A stretch of DNA of 64,000 bases. Source: an uncultured Spirochaetota bacterium (lineage in GTDB: Bacteria > Spirochaetota > Spirochaetia > SZUA-6 > Fen-1364). The stretch spans positions 320,001 to 384,000 of the forward strand of contig CAVTHO010000005.1 of NCBI GenBank assembly GCA_963734545.1. The letters are read 5' to 3'. The number at the start of each line of letters is the position of its first letter. The stretch's first letter is position 1. A model generated the notes under the pieces. That model worked only from the letters and a program-made list of their open reading frames with translations, ran no database searches and was not told where the DNA came from. This document shows positions 43,542 through 52,913 of the stretch, one piece after another. The translations under genes and the position numbers were made by a program.

Positions 43542-44642
43542 TCAGACCAGGTCGGCCCAGACGATGCCCTCGCCGTCCGGAATGCGTCTCTTCGCGCGCG
43601 CGCCCACGACGATGCCGAGGAACTCCGGGCCCAGACCCGGGCGGAGGACCTTTTCCGTGCGCAGGACGGCCACGTCGTTCTCCGCAATCGTCTCTCCGGG
43701 TGAAATCTCGCGCAGGGCGTGGAGCGACCGGTTGGTGAGCCCGTAGTTGTGAAGCTCCGCGCCGGCCAATTCCTTCACGCCGGTGCCGAGCACGGCAGAC
43801 ACCCGGTCATGCCCGTATTCATTCTCCAGCCGCGCGCGCACCACCCTCTCCGTCTCGGTCTCGGCGGCGCGTATTGCCCGCACCATGCGTCTGAACTGGT
43901 CCGGCTCGAGAGCGATCGGATCGTCCAGGCCCGATCCATCCCTCGACAGCGTGAAGTGCTTTTCCACGACGCAGGCGCCGTTCAGAACGGCCAGGGCGGG
44001 CACCAGAACGGGATCCAGCGAATGATCCGAAAGTCCGACCTCGACTCCCAGAACAGCTTTCAGACTGGCGAGAACGGATACATTGTACTGTTCCTCGGGC
44101 GCCGGGTAGGACGTGAGGCAGTGCATGAGAACGGTATTCCGCTTTCCGACAACCCGGAGTGCGCGCTCGATATCGCCGAGGCTGGAGACTCCGGATGACA
44201 GGAAGAGAGGCAGCCCGTAGGATGCCACTTCCTGCAGGAGGGGCAGGTGGTTCAGCTCGGGGGAGGCGATCTTCAGCGCGTGCACGTCCATGGACTTGAG
44301 CTCGCGCGCGCTCCGGATGCCAAAGGGCGAGCACAGGAAAAGCGCCCCGCGCTCCTCGGTGGCAGCCTTGAGCCCGGCATAGAATGAGCTGTCTCTCTCC
44401 AGGGTCCTGAACTGCTCATAGAGGGCGACCTTGCCCGTCGGAAGATCGACGCTGCCCGACCGCGGATGGAGGATTTCCTCCGCGTGCACGAGCTGGAACT
44501 TGATGCAGTCCGCCCCGGCGCGGGCCGCCGCTTCGATGAGCAGGCGCGCCCTGCCGGCGTCCCCCTGGTGCGACGTCCCGATCTCGGCGATGACGAGGCA
44601 CGGCTTTCCCGCGCCGACGTCCCTGTGTGCAAATCTCACCAT
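43542..44642 (-). CDS. NeuB-family nonulosonic acid synthase with SAF domain
   Basis: VIAEIGTSHQGD, KFQ, KIASPE, HCLTSYPAP, GLSDHS, VEKHFTL. Confidence 0.88.
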   Translation of the reverse strand: MVRFAHRDVGAGKPCLVIAEIGTSHQGDAGRARLLIEAAARAGADCIKFQLVHAEEILHPRSGSVDLPTGKVALYEQFRTLERDSSFYAGLKAATEERGALFLCSPFGIRSARELKSMDVHALKIASPELNHLPLLQEVASYGLPLFLSSGVSSLGDIERALRVVGKRNTVLMHCLTSYPAPEEQYNVSVLASLKAVLGVEVGLSDHSLDPVLVPALAVLNGACVVEKHFTLSRDGSGLDDPIALEPDQFRRMVRAIRAAETETERVVRARLENEYGHDRVSAVLGTGVKELAGAELHNYGLTNRSLHALREISPGETIAENDVAVLRTEKVLRPGLGPEFLGIVVGARAKRRIPDGEGIVWADLV

Positions 44643-44675
44643 TGCTACTAGGATCGGTGCGTGAGCGCCGGAAAC

Positions 44676-45221
44676 TCAATCCCTGTCTTTACGGTCGAGG
44701 TCCTTGAATATCCTGCTGCCCACCGTGCCGCGCTGGCCCTGATACTTGCCGGTGTAGGGAGTGCGGGTCGCCCTGTCCATGAATGCGAATACGATCTGGC
44801 AGATCCGCCTGCCCGCGCTCAGGCGCAGGGGAAGCCTGTTCGCGTTGAACAGCTCCAGGGTGATGGTGCCTTCGAAGCCGGGATCGACCCACCCCGCATT
44901 CTGGATGAAGAGGCCCATTCTCCCGATCGAGCTCCTGCCCTCCACGAACGCCGTGACATTCGACGGTATCCTGACCACCTCGACCGTGGTGGCGAGCAGA
45001 AAGGAATGCGGCGGGATGATGATCTCGTCTTTCTCTATCTGCACGTAAGGGAGCTCTGCGTCCAGGCTGAGACTCTCCAGGGTGTTTTCATCGATCTTGA
45101 GAAAATGCCGGCCCAGCCGCAGGTCGATGGAGGCAGGCTGCACCTGGTAGGGTTCAATCGGCTCCACGACGATGCTTCGTTCCGCGATCATCTTTCGGAG
45201 CGTCTCGTCCGAGAGGATCAA
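44676..45221 (-). CDS. dcd: dCTP deaminase
   Basis: QPASIDLRLG, EGRSSIGRMG, AGWVDPGFEGTITLEL, GKYQGQ. Confidence 0.94.
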   Translation of the reverse strand: MILSDETLRKMIAERSIVVEPIEPYQVQPASIDLRLGRHFLKIDENTLESLSLDAELPYVQIEKDEIIIPPHSFLLATTVEVVRIPSNVTAFVEGRSSIGRMGLFIQNAGWVDPGFEGTITLELFNANRLPLRLSAGRRICQIVFAFMDRATRTPYTGKYQGQRGTVGSRIFKDLDRKDRD

Positions 45222-46657
45222 TCGTGCGCTCCCCGGGACAGGCTCTCCCGGATCAACCGGGATTTCAGCTCGCTCATGCCGTCGGAAAGGGAGACCTTGT
45301 ACACGTGCGGGTTGATCAGACGCTTGTACGTGTCATCCAGCCGATCCAGCTCGCTGCGCGCGCGGGTCTGAATGGCCGCGATTTTCGGCAGCTCTCCGAC
45401 AATGCGCCCTTCCTTCATGCGCAGGCCGAGCAGGGGCGCCATGTGCGCATAGTTCGCCAGGGTGAAGGACCTGTAGTCTCCCATGGGGTGGTGGAACGTG
45501 TATGCCCTGCCGGGCACCACCGGCTCTTCCTCCAGGCAGATGAGATCCGCAATCGGGCTGCCCCCGCCGTTCGAGAATCGCCAGATCTGCTTGATGCCGG
45601 GGTTGGTCACTTTCTCGGGATTGTTCGACACCTTGATGGTCGGGAGCCAGACGCTCCCGACCCGCTTGGCGGCGATTTTGTACACCCCCGTGAGAGCGGA
45701 GTCCCCCCCGCCGGTCACGAGGTTCGTGCCGACGCCCCAGCTGTCGATCGGCGCTCCCTGCGTAATGAGCTGATGGATGATGTGTTCGTCCAGCTCGTTG
45801 GAGGCGACGATGTCTGCGTCGACAAGACCCGCCTGGTCGAGACGCGCACGCACCACCTTGCTCAGGTACTCGAGGTCCCCGCTGTCCAGCCTGACGCCGA
45901 AGTGCGAATGGCCCGCTTTCTTCAGCTTCTGTCCCACGGCAATGGCGTTCTCGATTCCGCTGCCCAGCGTATCGTAGGTGTCGATCAGGAGGATGGCACC
46001 GTCGGGGTAGACTTCCCCGTACTTCTCGAACGCCTCCCGCTCGTTTGCGAATGCCATGATCCATGAGTGCGCCATTGTCCCCCGCACCGGGATGCCGAAG
46101 CGTTTGCCGGCAAGGGTATTGGAGCTGGCTGTCGCGCCGCCGATGAACGCCGCGCGGGACGCGGAAAGCGCGCCGTCGATCCCCTGGGCGCGGCGCAGGC
46201 CGAACTCGATTATCGCCCCGCCATTCGCCGCAAGCCGGATCCGCGCCGCCTTCGTGGCAATAAGAGTCTGGAAGTTGAGAACAGCCAGGAGAACGCTTTC
46301 GATGAGCTGCGCTTCCATGAGGGACGCGTGCACGCGCACGAGTGGTTCCCCGGGGAATGCCAGCGTGCCCTCTTCCATGGACCAGATATCCCCGCGAAAG
46401 CGGAAATCCGCCAGGTAGTCCAGGAACGTCTTGCGAAACACGCCGAGGGAGTCGAGGTAGGCGAGGTCATCCGGGGAAAAGGTGAGGGACCCGACCAGAT
46501 CGAGGGCGGTCTCCAGCCCGGCGAACACCGAGAACCCCCCGCCAAAGGGCTGTCTGCGGAAGAACATGTCGAAAACGACACGGGGATTCTCCTTGTGGAG
46601 AAAGTACCCCTGCATCATCGAGAGCTCGTAGAAATCAGTCAGGAGAGTGACGTTCAT
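45218..46657 (-). CDS. pncB: Nicotinate phosphoribosyltransferase
   Basis: LLTDFYELSM, EFGLRRAQ, GTMAHSW, LIDTYD, RLDSGDL. Confidence 0.94.
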   Translation of the reverse strand: MNVTLLTDFYELSMMQGYFLHKENPRVVFDMFFRRQPFGGGFSVFAGLETALDLVGSLTFSPDDLAYLDSLGVFRKTFLDYLADFRFRGDIWSMEEGTLAFPGEPLVRVHASLMEAQLIESVLLAVLNFQTLIATKAARIRLAANGGAIIEFGLRRAQGIDGALSASRAAFIGGATASSNTLAGKRFGIPVRGTMAHSWIMAFANEREAFEKYGEVYPDGAILLIDTYDTLGSGIENAIAVGQKLKKAGHSHFGVRLDSGDLEYLSKVVRARLDQAGLVDADIVASNELDEHIIHQLITQGAPIDSWGVGTNLVTGGGDSALTGVYKIAAKRVGSVWLPTIKVSNNPEKVTNPGIKQIWRFSNGGGSPIADLICLEEEPVVPGRAYTFHHPMGDYRSFTLANYAHMAPLLGLRMKEGRIVGELPKIAAIQTRARSELDRLDDTYKRLINPHVYKVSLSDGMSELKSRLIRESLSRGAHD

Positions 46658-46665
46658 GGGGAGTA

Positions 46666-46738
46666 TGGAGGATGGGGGATTCGAACCCCCGACCTACAGA
46701 TTGCGAACCTGCCGCTCTACCAACTGAGCTAATCCCCC
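46666..46738 (-). tRNA. tRNA-Ala(CGC)
   Basis: GGGGGATTAGCTCAGTTGGTAGAGC, loop TTCGCAA, G3:U70 pair. Confidence 0.93.
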
Positions 46739-46844
46739 TCAGAGGAGACGTGGCGCCCCCTCCCGGCGCAACTATAAGCAACGTAACGGATTGAGGTCAA
46801 GACCCCGGAGGGTGAGGGCGCGGGAAGCTGTCCCTCATGTCGAC

Positions 46845-47057
46845 TCAGGAACCACGCTCGAGCTGCTTGAGATTGCCTTCCGAGTCATGCTTATCGATAA
46901 AATCCGACATGCGCTGATGCTGTGTGAACAATTCGTCAAATTGCAGCTCCGTCATGCCCAACCCAAGACAGCGCGCTTTCAGGTTGCCGCCGAGGATCTT
47001 GCACAAGGCAACGGAGTTGTCGAAGACTCTTCTTGCTTCTGTATCGCTCATACTCAT
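46845..47057 (-). CDS. Small hypothetical protein (70 aa)
   Basis: ATG after AAAGGTG; plausible composition; no recognisable family. Confidence 0.45.
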   Translation of the reverse strand: MSMSDTEARRVFDNSVALCKILGGNLKARCLGLGMTELQFDELFTQHQRMSDFIDKHDSEGNLKQLERGS

Positions 47058-47103
47058 TGTAACACCTTTCAATATAACATCTTCATTGCGAGTTGTCGCT
47101 CCC

Positions 47104-47697
47104 TCAAAGCATGTTGGCGTGCGGGGAGGCCGTGTGCGGAAATCCGGCCGCCGCCCTGGCCGCCGCAGCTCCGGCGCCCCAGGCCACTTCATTCGCAAGG
47201 CGCGCCCCTTCCCACTCGATACGCTGAACAGGGATGAACAGGTCCAGACCGATGCTCTGATTCCAGCCCGCCGCGGTCCCGGTGGACTCGTGGGAGCGGT
47301 CGTCATAGAAATACACACAGTCAGTGGCACCCTGAAAAACCGCATCGTCGTACAGGGGGATCACGTATCTCCAGTCTTCCGTGGGATCGTATTCGTCGTT
47401 TCCGTTCCGGTCATCCCACAGGATCAGGTAGAGGTAATGCCCGGCCGACGGGGTGAGCGAGGAGACGTCGACCCTCAGGGAGAAGCTTCCCCCTGCTGTG
47501 CCGAAAGAAGCGACGCTGCTGACCCGGCGCGCGGGGGGGCATTTCGGTCTGAGCTGGGAGGCGTAATAGAAATCGTGGCAATTCGTGTAGAAGCACCCCA
47601 GCTTCACGTCTGGAGGCGCGTCACCTATGAGCAGGACTTCACCTTTGACCGTCCATTTTTCCAGAGACTGGGGAGCAAGTCTACAGGGAGAAGCCAC
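47104..47697 (-). CDS. Hypothetical protein with Ca-binding-like loop
   Basis: LILWDDRNGNDEYDPTED; start uncertain. Confidence 0.5.
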   Translation of the reverse strand: MASPCRLAPQSLEKWTVKGEVLLIGDAPPDVKLGCFYTNCHDFYYASQLRPKCPPARRVSSVASFGTAGGSFSLRVDVSSLTPSAGHYLYLILWDDRNGNDEYDPTEDWRYVIPLYDDAVFQGATDCVYFYDDRSHESTGTAAGWNQSIGLDLFIPVQRIEWEGARLANEVAWGAGAAAARAAAGFPHTASPHANML

Positions 47698-47831
47698 GAT
47701 TCTTCAGAGGAGCAAAAGGGACAACGGTGACGACATCGCGAATCTCCTCGCTCGAGTTTTGAGACGGATTATATCACGAGCTGTCAAGAGACGATTGCAG
47801 GGGCAGCGCCCGTTCATGCTATAGTGCGCGG

Positions 47832-48833
47832 ATGCAAAAGACGGTCGGTGCATGCTTTCTGATTGTCCTGGCTGCGCTGTGCGTGAGCGCGGCGCCGAAT
47901 GCGGCCGCGGATGACAACCGGCTGAGCTTCTTTGTCGAGCCGCTTCTGCAGAAAGGCCTCGGGGGAACCGCGTACGATCTGTACTACGACAAAGGAGGCG
48001 GACAATCAGACCTCAGCCGCCTGGAGTTTCCGATGGCTTCACTGGAAGCGGGCATCACCGCGGGTCTCTCGATCGAGAAGAACGGGAAGAAGGCGTGGCT
48101 CTTCGAGGCATCGATTGCCCACTCCACCCTCGCCTGGCAGGCCCGGATGCATGACTACGACTGGTTTGGTCTGTCAGGCTATCCGAGCATTCCCTGGAGC
48201 TATACCTATTCCATCGATACGACGACGAGCTGGCGTGCCTCGGCGGACGCGGCCTGGACGTTCAGCACTCTCGGGCCGCTCTCGCTTTCCCTCTATGCAA
48301 CCTATCGTTACCAGTATGCCTTTCACGTTGAAGACACATTCACCGGCTGGCAGTATGACCAGGTCGCCGGGACTGACTTTACCCTCGTCCCATGGTTTGT
48401 GGACCCGGCGCCTGCTGGCATTGAATACACGCTCACCGCCCATGAGCCCGGGCTGGGGCTCTTGGCTGACATGGAGGCTCTGCCGGGGCTGAGCCTCGAG
48501 CTCCGCGCGGCTTTTACGCCGGTCTATATTTCCGACGTCGACGATCACAAGCTGCGGACAAAACTGTCTACCGCATCGGGTTGGGGTGCAGGCCTGTACG
48601 CCAACCTCAGGGCGGTCTACCAGTTTCCCAAATACTACAAGGGCTTTTCTTCCTATATCGCCCTGGATGGCGAGCTCATCTATTATTCGGTATCCACCAC
48701 CCAGACCCAGTATTGGTACGGCAACCTTGATGCGGCCAACGGCGCCCCCCAGGGAACGAGGTATACCGGCGTCGGGCATGTTGTCACCAGCACGCAGTTC
48801 CAGATTGGACTGAGGTTCGGTTTCGCGTTCTAG
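47832..48833 (+). CDS. Omptin-family outer membrane protease
   Basis: Signal peptide, LSRLEFP, MHDYDW and DVDDHKLR catalytic-type motifs, C-terminal Phe. Confidence 0.78.
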   Translation: MQKTVGACFLIVLAALCVSAAPNAAADDNRLSFFVEPLLQKGLGGTAYDLYYDKGGGQSDLSRLEFPMASLEAGITAGLSIEKNGKKAWLFEASIAHSTLAWQARMHDYDWFGLSGYPSIPWSYTYSIDTTTSWRASADAAWTFSTLGPLSLSLYATYRYQYAFHVEDTFTGWQYDQVAGTDFTLVPWFVDPAPAGIEYTLTAHEPGLGLLADMEALPGLSLELRAAFTPVYISDVDDHKLRTKLSTASGWGAGLYANLRAVYQFPKYYKGFSSYIALDGELIYYSVSTTQTQYWYGNLDAANGAPQGTRYTGVGHVVTSTQFQIGLRFGFAF

Positions 48834-49084
48834 CGCGAGGCCCTCCAGCGCCGCGCCTGACGCGCTTGCTCGTCGGCCCTCGCCATCCAACTCCGCGGGA
48901 TACCGCGGAAGGTCTACGGGCCTCCTTGCGCAGGCTCTCGGCGTTTGCGCTGCAAACGCCTGCCGCCCTGGGCATCCCTGTGCTCGTCGGCCCTCGCCGT
49001 CCAACTCCGCTGAGTACCGCGGAAGGGCTACGGTGCGCCTTCCGTGCATCCCTGCACGCGGCGCACCTCGCCATCCCTGGCTAC
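48834..49084 (-). repeat. GTAG REP/BIME-like composite, copy 3
   Basis: GTAGCCAGGGATGGC then two GTAGMCCTTCCGCGGTA..CMGCGGAGTTGGAYGGCGAGGGCCGACGAGC units. Confidence 0.75.
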
Positions 49085-51522
49085 GCGATAAGCACCTGGG
49101 GCGCCTCCTGCTTCACCTTGTCGGTGAGCGCCGCCTTGAGCGCATCGTCGATCTTGTCCACCAGGACGAAGCTCATCTTGCTCCTCACATCCTGAGGCAG
49201 ATCCTCGAGGTCCCGCTCATTCCGCTTTGGAAGGATGACGGTGGTCAGTCCCGCTCGATGGGCCGCGAGGACTTTCATCTTCACTCCGCCGATTGGCAGG
49301 ACGCGCCCGCGCAGGGTCACCTCGCCCGTCATGCCGACATCTCCGCGGACCGGCCGGCCCGAGAACAGGCTGGCAATGGCCATGGTCATGGCCACGCCGG
49401 CTGAAGGGCCGTCCTTGGGCGTGGCCCCTGCCGGCACGTGTATATGCAGATCCGTCTGGGCGAATGTGTCAGGATCCACGCCGAGCTCCACGGCCTTGGA
49501 GCGCACGTAGCTCAGCGCAATGCGTGCGCTCTCCCGCATCACGTCACCCAGCTGCCCGGTGAGGGTGAAATCGCCTTTGCCCTTCATCCGGGTTGCCTCG
49601 ATGAAGAGGATGTCCCCTCCGACCGGGGTCACGGCAAGACCGGTGGCGATGCCGGGGATCTCGATAGATTCGGAGGTTTCCGATTCGAATTTCTCCTTGC
49701 GAAGGAGCTCACGCACGACATCGGGTGTAATCTCCACGGCCACACCGCTTTCCGTCCCGCTTCCCGCGGCGATCTTTGCCACGCTCTTTCGGCAGATGGC
49801 GCCCACCTGGCGCTCGAGGTTGCGCACGCCCGCCTCACGCGTGTAGTCCTGGACGATCTTGCGCAGCGCCTCCTCGGTGAACACGACCTCGCCCTCGCGC
49901 AGCCCGTTGGCCGCGAGCTGCCGCTTCACCAGATGCTCCTGCGCTATCTTTACCTTCTCGTGCTCCGTGTAGCCGTCCAGGTGGATTATCTCCATCCTGT
50001 CGCGCAGCGGCGCGGGGATGGGCTCGAGCTGGTTGGCCGTGGTGACGAACATCACGTCGCTCAGGTCAAAGTCCACGTTGAGGTAGTGGTCGCGGAACGT
50101 CCCGTTCTGCGCCGGATCCAGCACTTCCAGCAGCGCGCTGGAAGGGTCGCCGCGCCAGTCGCTTCCCACCTTGTCGATCTCGTCCAGCATGAACACGGGA
50201 TTGCGCGTGCCGGCGCGCTTGATGGCCTGCATGACCCGGCCGGGCATGGAGCCGATGTAGGTACGGCGGTGGCCGCGGATTTCCGCCTCGTCGCGCATGC
50301 CGCCCAGGCTCATCCGCGTGAACTTGCGGCCCAGCGCCCGGGCAATGCTCTGCCCGAGGGAGGTTTTGCCGACACCGGGAGGTCCCACGAAACAGAGGAT
50401 GGCGCCCATCGCCTTTCCCGTTTTCCCGTCCTCCGCTCGGTCTTTCTGAATGCCGCGTTCCTTGAAGAGCTTGCGCACGGCGAGGAACTCGATGATGCGG
50501 TCCTTCACCTCCTGCAGATCGTAGTGGTCCTCGTCGAGCACCTTGCGCGCGTTGACCACGTCCAGCTGATCGTCGCTGGAGACGCTCCAGGGCAGCTCCA
50601 CCATCCAATCGAGATACGTCTTGATCATGGAGTGCTCGGCCGCCTGGGGAGGCATGCCGGAGACCCGCTTCAGCTCACGCTCGGCCTCCTTGCGCGCTTC
50701 TTCGGGCAGGTTGGCCTTGGCGATCTTTTCCGTGTACTCGGCCACGATGGACGAGGAATCGTCCATCTCTCCCAATTCCTTCTGGATCGCTTTCATCTGC
50801 TGGCGGAGGAAGTATTCCCGCTGGTCCTTTTCCATTTCCTCCTTCGCTTCCGTCCTGATCTTCTGGCCGAGGCTCAACACCTCTTTCTGATGGCCCAGCT
50901 GGGCGATGAGGGCGCGGAGCTTTTCCTTCACCGAGTCCATCTCCAGTACCCTCTGTGCCTCGGCAGGCTCGAGCTGGCCATTGGCTGCCACCAGGTACGC
51001 GAGGTATCGAGGATCGGTGATCGTGGCGAGGAATCGGGCCGCTTCATTGGGGATATTCGGGGAGAGCTCCACCACCTCGCGTCCCAGCTCGCGCAGGCTC
51101 GCCATGAGCGCTTCGATCTCGAGGTCGGATTCTACCGTCTCGGGAGCGGGCGTGATGCGGGCCCGCAGATACTGCTCGGAGGGAATCCAGTGCAGGACGC
51201 GGAAACGCTCCAACCCCTGGACCACGACTTGCATGGTGCCGTCCTGCCCGCGCACCACGCGCAGTATCCTCGCCACGGTGCCGATCTCGTGCACCTGGCC
51301 GGGGAGCGGTTCTTCGATCGTCGCGTCCTTCGACGCGACCAGGCCGACCAGGTTGTCCGCCTGCATGGCGTCCTCCACGAGCTTCACGGATCGGGCAATG
51401 CCCACCGCAAGCGGGATGACGGAAAAGGGAAATGCAACGGTATCACGCAGCGGCAGGATCGGGAGCTCCTTCGGGATGCTCACCGATTGCTCGCTGTTTT
51501 TCGGTCTCAAGAAACTTGCCAT
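49081..51522 (-). CDS. lon: Lon protease
   Basis: LPILPLRD, GPPGVGKTSLG, RGHRRTYIG, PKDGPSAG, MTGEVTLRG, IGGVKMK. Confidence 0.96.
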   Translation of the reverse strand: MASFLRPKNSEQSVSIPKELPILPLRDTVAFPFSVIPLAVGIARSVKLVEDAMQADNLVGLVASKDATIEEPLPGQVHEIGTVARILRVVRGQDGTMQVVVQGLERFRVLHWIPSEQYLRARITPAPETVESDLEIEALMASLRELGREVVELSPNIPNEAARFLATITDPRYLAYLVAANGQLEPAEAQRVLEMDSVKEKLRALIAQLGHQKEVLSLGQKIRTEAKEEMEKDQREYFLRQQMKAIQKELGEMDDSSSIVAEYTEKIAKANLPEEARKEAERELKRVSGMPPQAAEHSMIKTYLDWMVELPWSVSSDDQLDVVNARKVLDEDHYDLQEVKDRIIEFLAVRKLFKERGIQKDRAEDGKTGKAMGAILCFVGPPGVGKTSLGQSIARALGRKFTRMSLGGMRDEAEIRGHRRTYIGSMPGRVMQAIKRAGTRNPVFMLDEIDKVGSDWRGDPSSALLEVLDPAQNGTFRDHYLNVDFDLSDVMFVTTANQLEPIPAPLRDRMEIIHLDGYTEHEKVKIAQEHLVKRQLAANGLREGEVVFTEEALRKIVQDYTREAGVRNLERQVGAICRKSVAKIAAGSGTESGVAVEITPDVVRELLRKEKFESETSESIEIPGIATGLAVTPVGGDILFIEATRMKGKGDFTLTGQLGDVMRESARIALSYVRSKAVELGVDPDTFAQTDLHIHVPAGATPKDGPSAGVAMTMAIASLFSGRPVRGDVGMTGEVTLRGRVLPIGGVKMKVLAAHRAGLTTVILPKRNERDLEDLPQDVRSKMSFVLVDKIDDALKAALTDKVKQEAPQVLIA

Positions 51523-51602
51523 GATGTTCACTCGTCCTTTCGCTGGGGAGAAGATACTAGCACATTCCGAATTCACAAAATCGCCCCGCAGCAAGATCCG
51601 GG

Positions 51603-51631
51603 TTGCAGTCCCCCTTTCCTGCCGCTACATT
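51603..51631 (+). promoter_or_regulatory. sigma70 promoter, leaderless spacing
   Basis: TTGCAG-N17-TACATT-N6-ATG. Confidence 0.6.
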
Positions 51632-51637
51632 CGCCGC

Positions 51638-52531
51638 ATGGGCATGACCGACATACTTCTTCTCCTGGGGCTTTCCGCCATCTGGGGGAGCTCGTTCATC
51701 TTCATGAGGTACCTCGCTCCCCTCATCGGCCCCGTGGCAACCGCGGACATGAGAATGCTCCTGGCAGGGGTCGTCCTGGCCCTGTTCTTCCTTGCGCTCC
51801 GATTCAAGTCGGACTGGAGGAAAAACTGGCGGCACTTTCTCGTGATCGGGCTCGTGAACTCTGCCATACCCTTTGTCCTCTACTCCATTGCCGCCTTGTA
51901 CCTGCCGGCCGCCATGGAGGCGATATTCAACTCCATGTCCCCGATGTTCGGCGCGCTTTTCGCGGCCCTGTGGCTCGGGGAAAAGCTGACGCCGCGAAAA
52001 ATCGTCGGGCTCATCCTCGGCATTGCGGGAGTGGCGGTGATGAGCAGCCTCGGCAACCTGCCCGCGAATCTTGAAACGACCCTTGCGATCCTGGCCTGCC
52101 TCCTGGCGCCGATGTGCTATGGCCTGGCCGGCGTCTACATCAAGAAGCGGGCGGCCGGCGTGAAGCCCCTGGCAATCGCCGGGGGAAGCCAGCTCCTGGG
52201 CGGTCTCGCGCTGATGCCTTTCCTGCTGGTTTCCCCCGTCACCGTGTCCGCCCTCAGCGCCCGGGTCGTCCTCCTGATCGCGGTGTTCGCCCTGCTGTGC
52301 AGCGCCCTGGCATACGTGATCTACTACAAGCTGATTGCCGATGTGGGTCCGACCCGGGCGCTGACGGTGACGTTCCTGATTCCTGTCTTCGGGATGTTCT
52401 GGGGGGTCCTGTTGATCGGAGAGCGGATCACCGTGAGCATGGTGGCGGGGGCGCTGATCATCCTGGCCGGAACTTTTCTTGTCACGGCCCCCCGCCGGAA
52501 GGCCGCGCTCAAGACGGAGAGGGCAGGCTGA
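51638..52531 (+). CDS. EamA/DMT family transporter
   Basis: LSAIWGSSFIF, about 10 TMs, LTVTFLIPVFGMFWG. Confidence 0.9.
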   Translation: MGMTDILLLLGLSAIWGSSFIFMRYLAPLIGPVATADMRMLLAGVVLALFFLALRFKSDWRKNWRHFLVIGLVNSAIPFVLYSIAALYLPAAMEAIFNSMSPMFGALFAALWLGEKLTPRKIVGLILGIAGVAVMSSLGNLPANLETTLAILACLLAPMCYGLAGVYIKKRAAGVKPLAIAGGSQLLGGLALMPFLLVSPVTVSALSARVVLLIAVFALLCSALAYVIYYKLIADVGPTRALTVTFLIPVFGMFWGVLLIGERITVSMVAGALIILAGTFLVTAPRRKAALKTERAG

Positions 52532-52565
52532 GTCGGGGAAGCCGCCACGCGCCGGGGCGTGCCGC

Positions 52566-52814
52566 TCAGAGGATGTCTTTGCGTTTCTGGTCGAACTCCT
52601 CCTTGTCGATCTCACCTTTGGCATAGCGCTCTTTGAGGATCGCGAGCGCCGAGCTGTCATTGGCGGACGAGCGCGATTGGTGCGCCAGGTAGCGGATGAG
52701 AAAAACGATGGCCGTCACGACCAGCGCCCAGAACACTATCATGACGATTGGCCCGACCCAGGACATCCAGGGCTGCATGTGACCGTAGCCGAACCTTCCC
52801 AGACCATACCACAT
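52566..52814 (-). CDS. SHOCT-domain membrane protein
   Basis: One TM plus ALAILKERYAKGEIDKEEF. Confidence 0.85.
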   Translation of the reverse strand: MWYGLGRFGYGHMQPWMSWVGPIVMIVFWALVVTAIVFLIRYLAHQSRSSANDSSALAILKERYAKGEIDKEEFDQKRKDIL

Positions 52815-52913
52815 AGCGGACTCCTCGTGCTCAATCATAACGGACAGGGACCGGAGAGGCCAGTTAAGTTACCTTAATCCGCCCATAACAGAACGATAAC
52901 GGGTGACAGGCGG

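Noticed and set aside
46666-49084. Genomic island at tRNA-Ala
   Set aside because: The hypothetical genes lie on the 5' side of the tRNA; no integrase or att duplication seen.
49438-52074. Long antisense ORFs (878 aa here; also 7346-9286, 13309-15066, 41787-43481)
   Set aside because: Shadow frames of conserved genes in GC-rich DNA with no motifs; only the EamA part of 50906-52531 is real.
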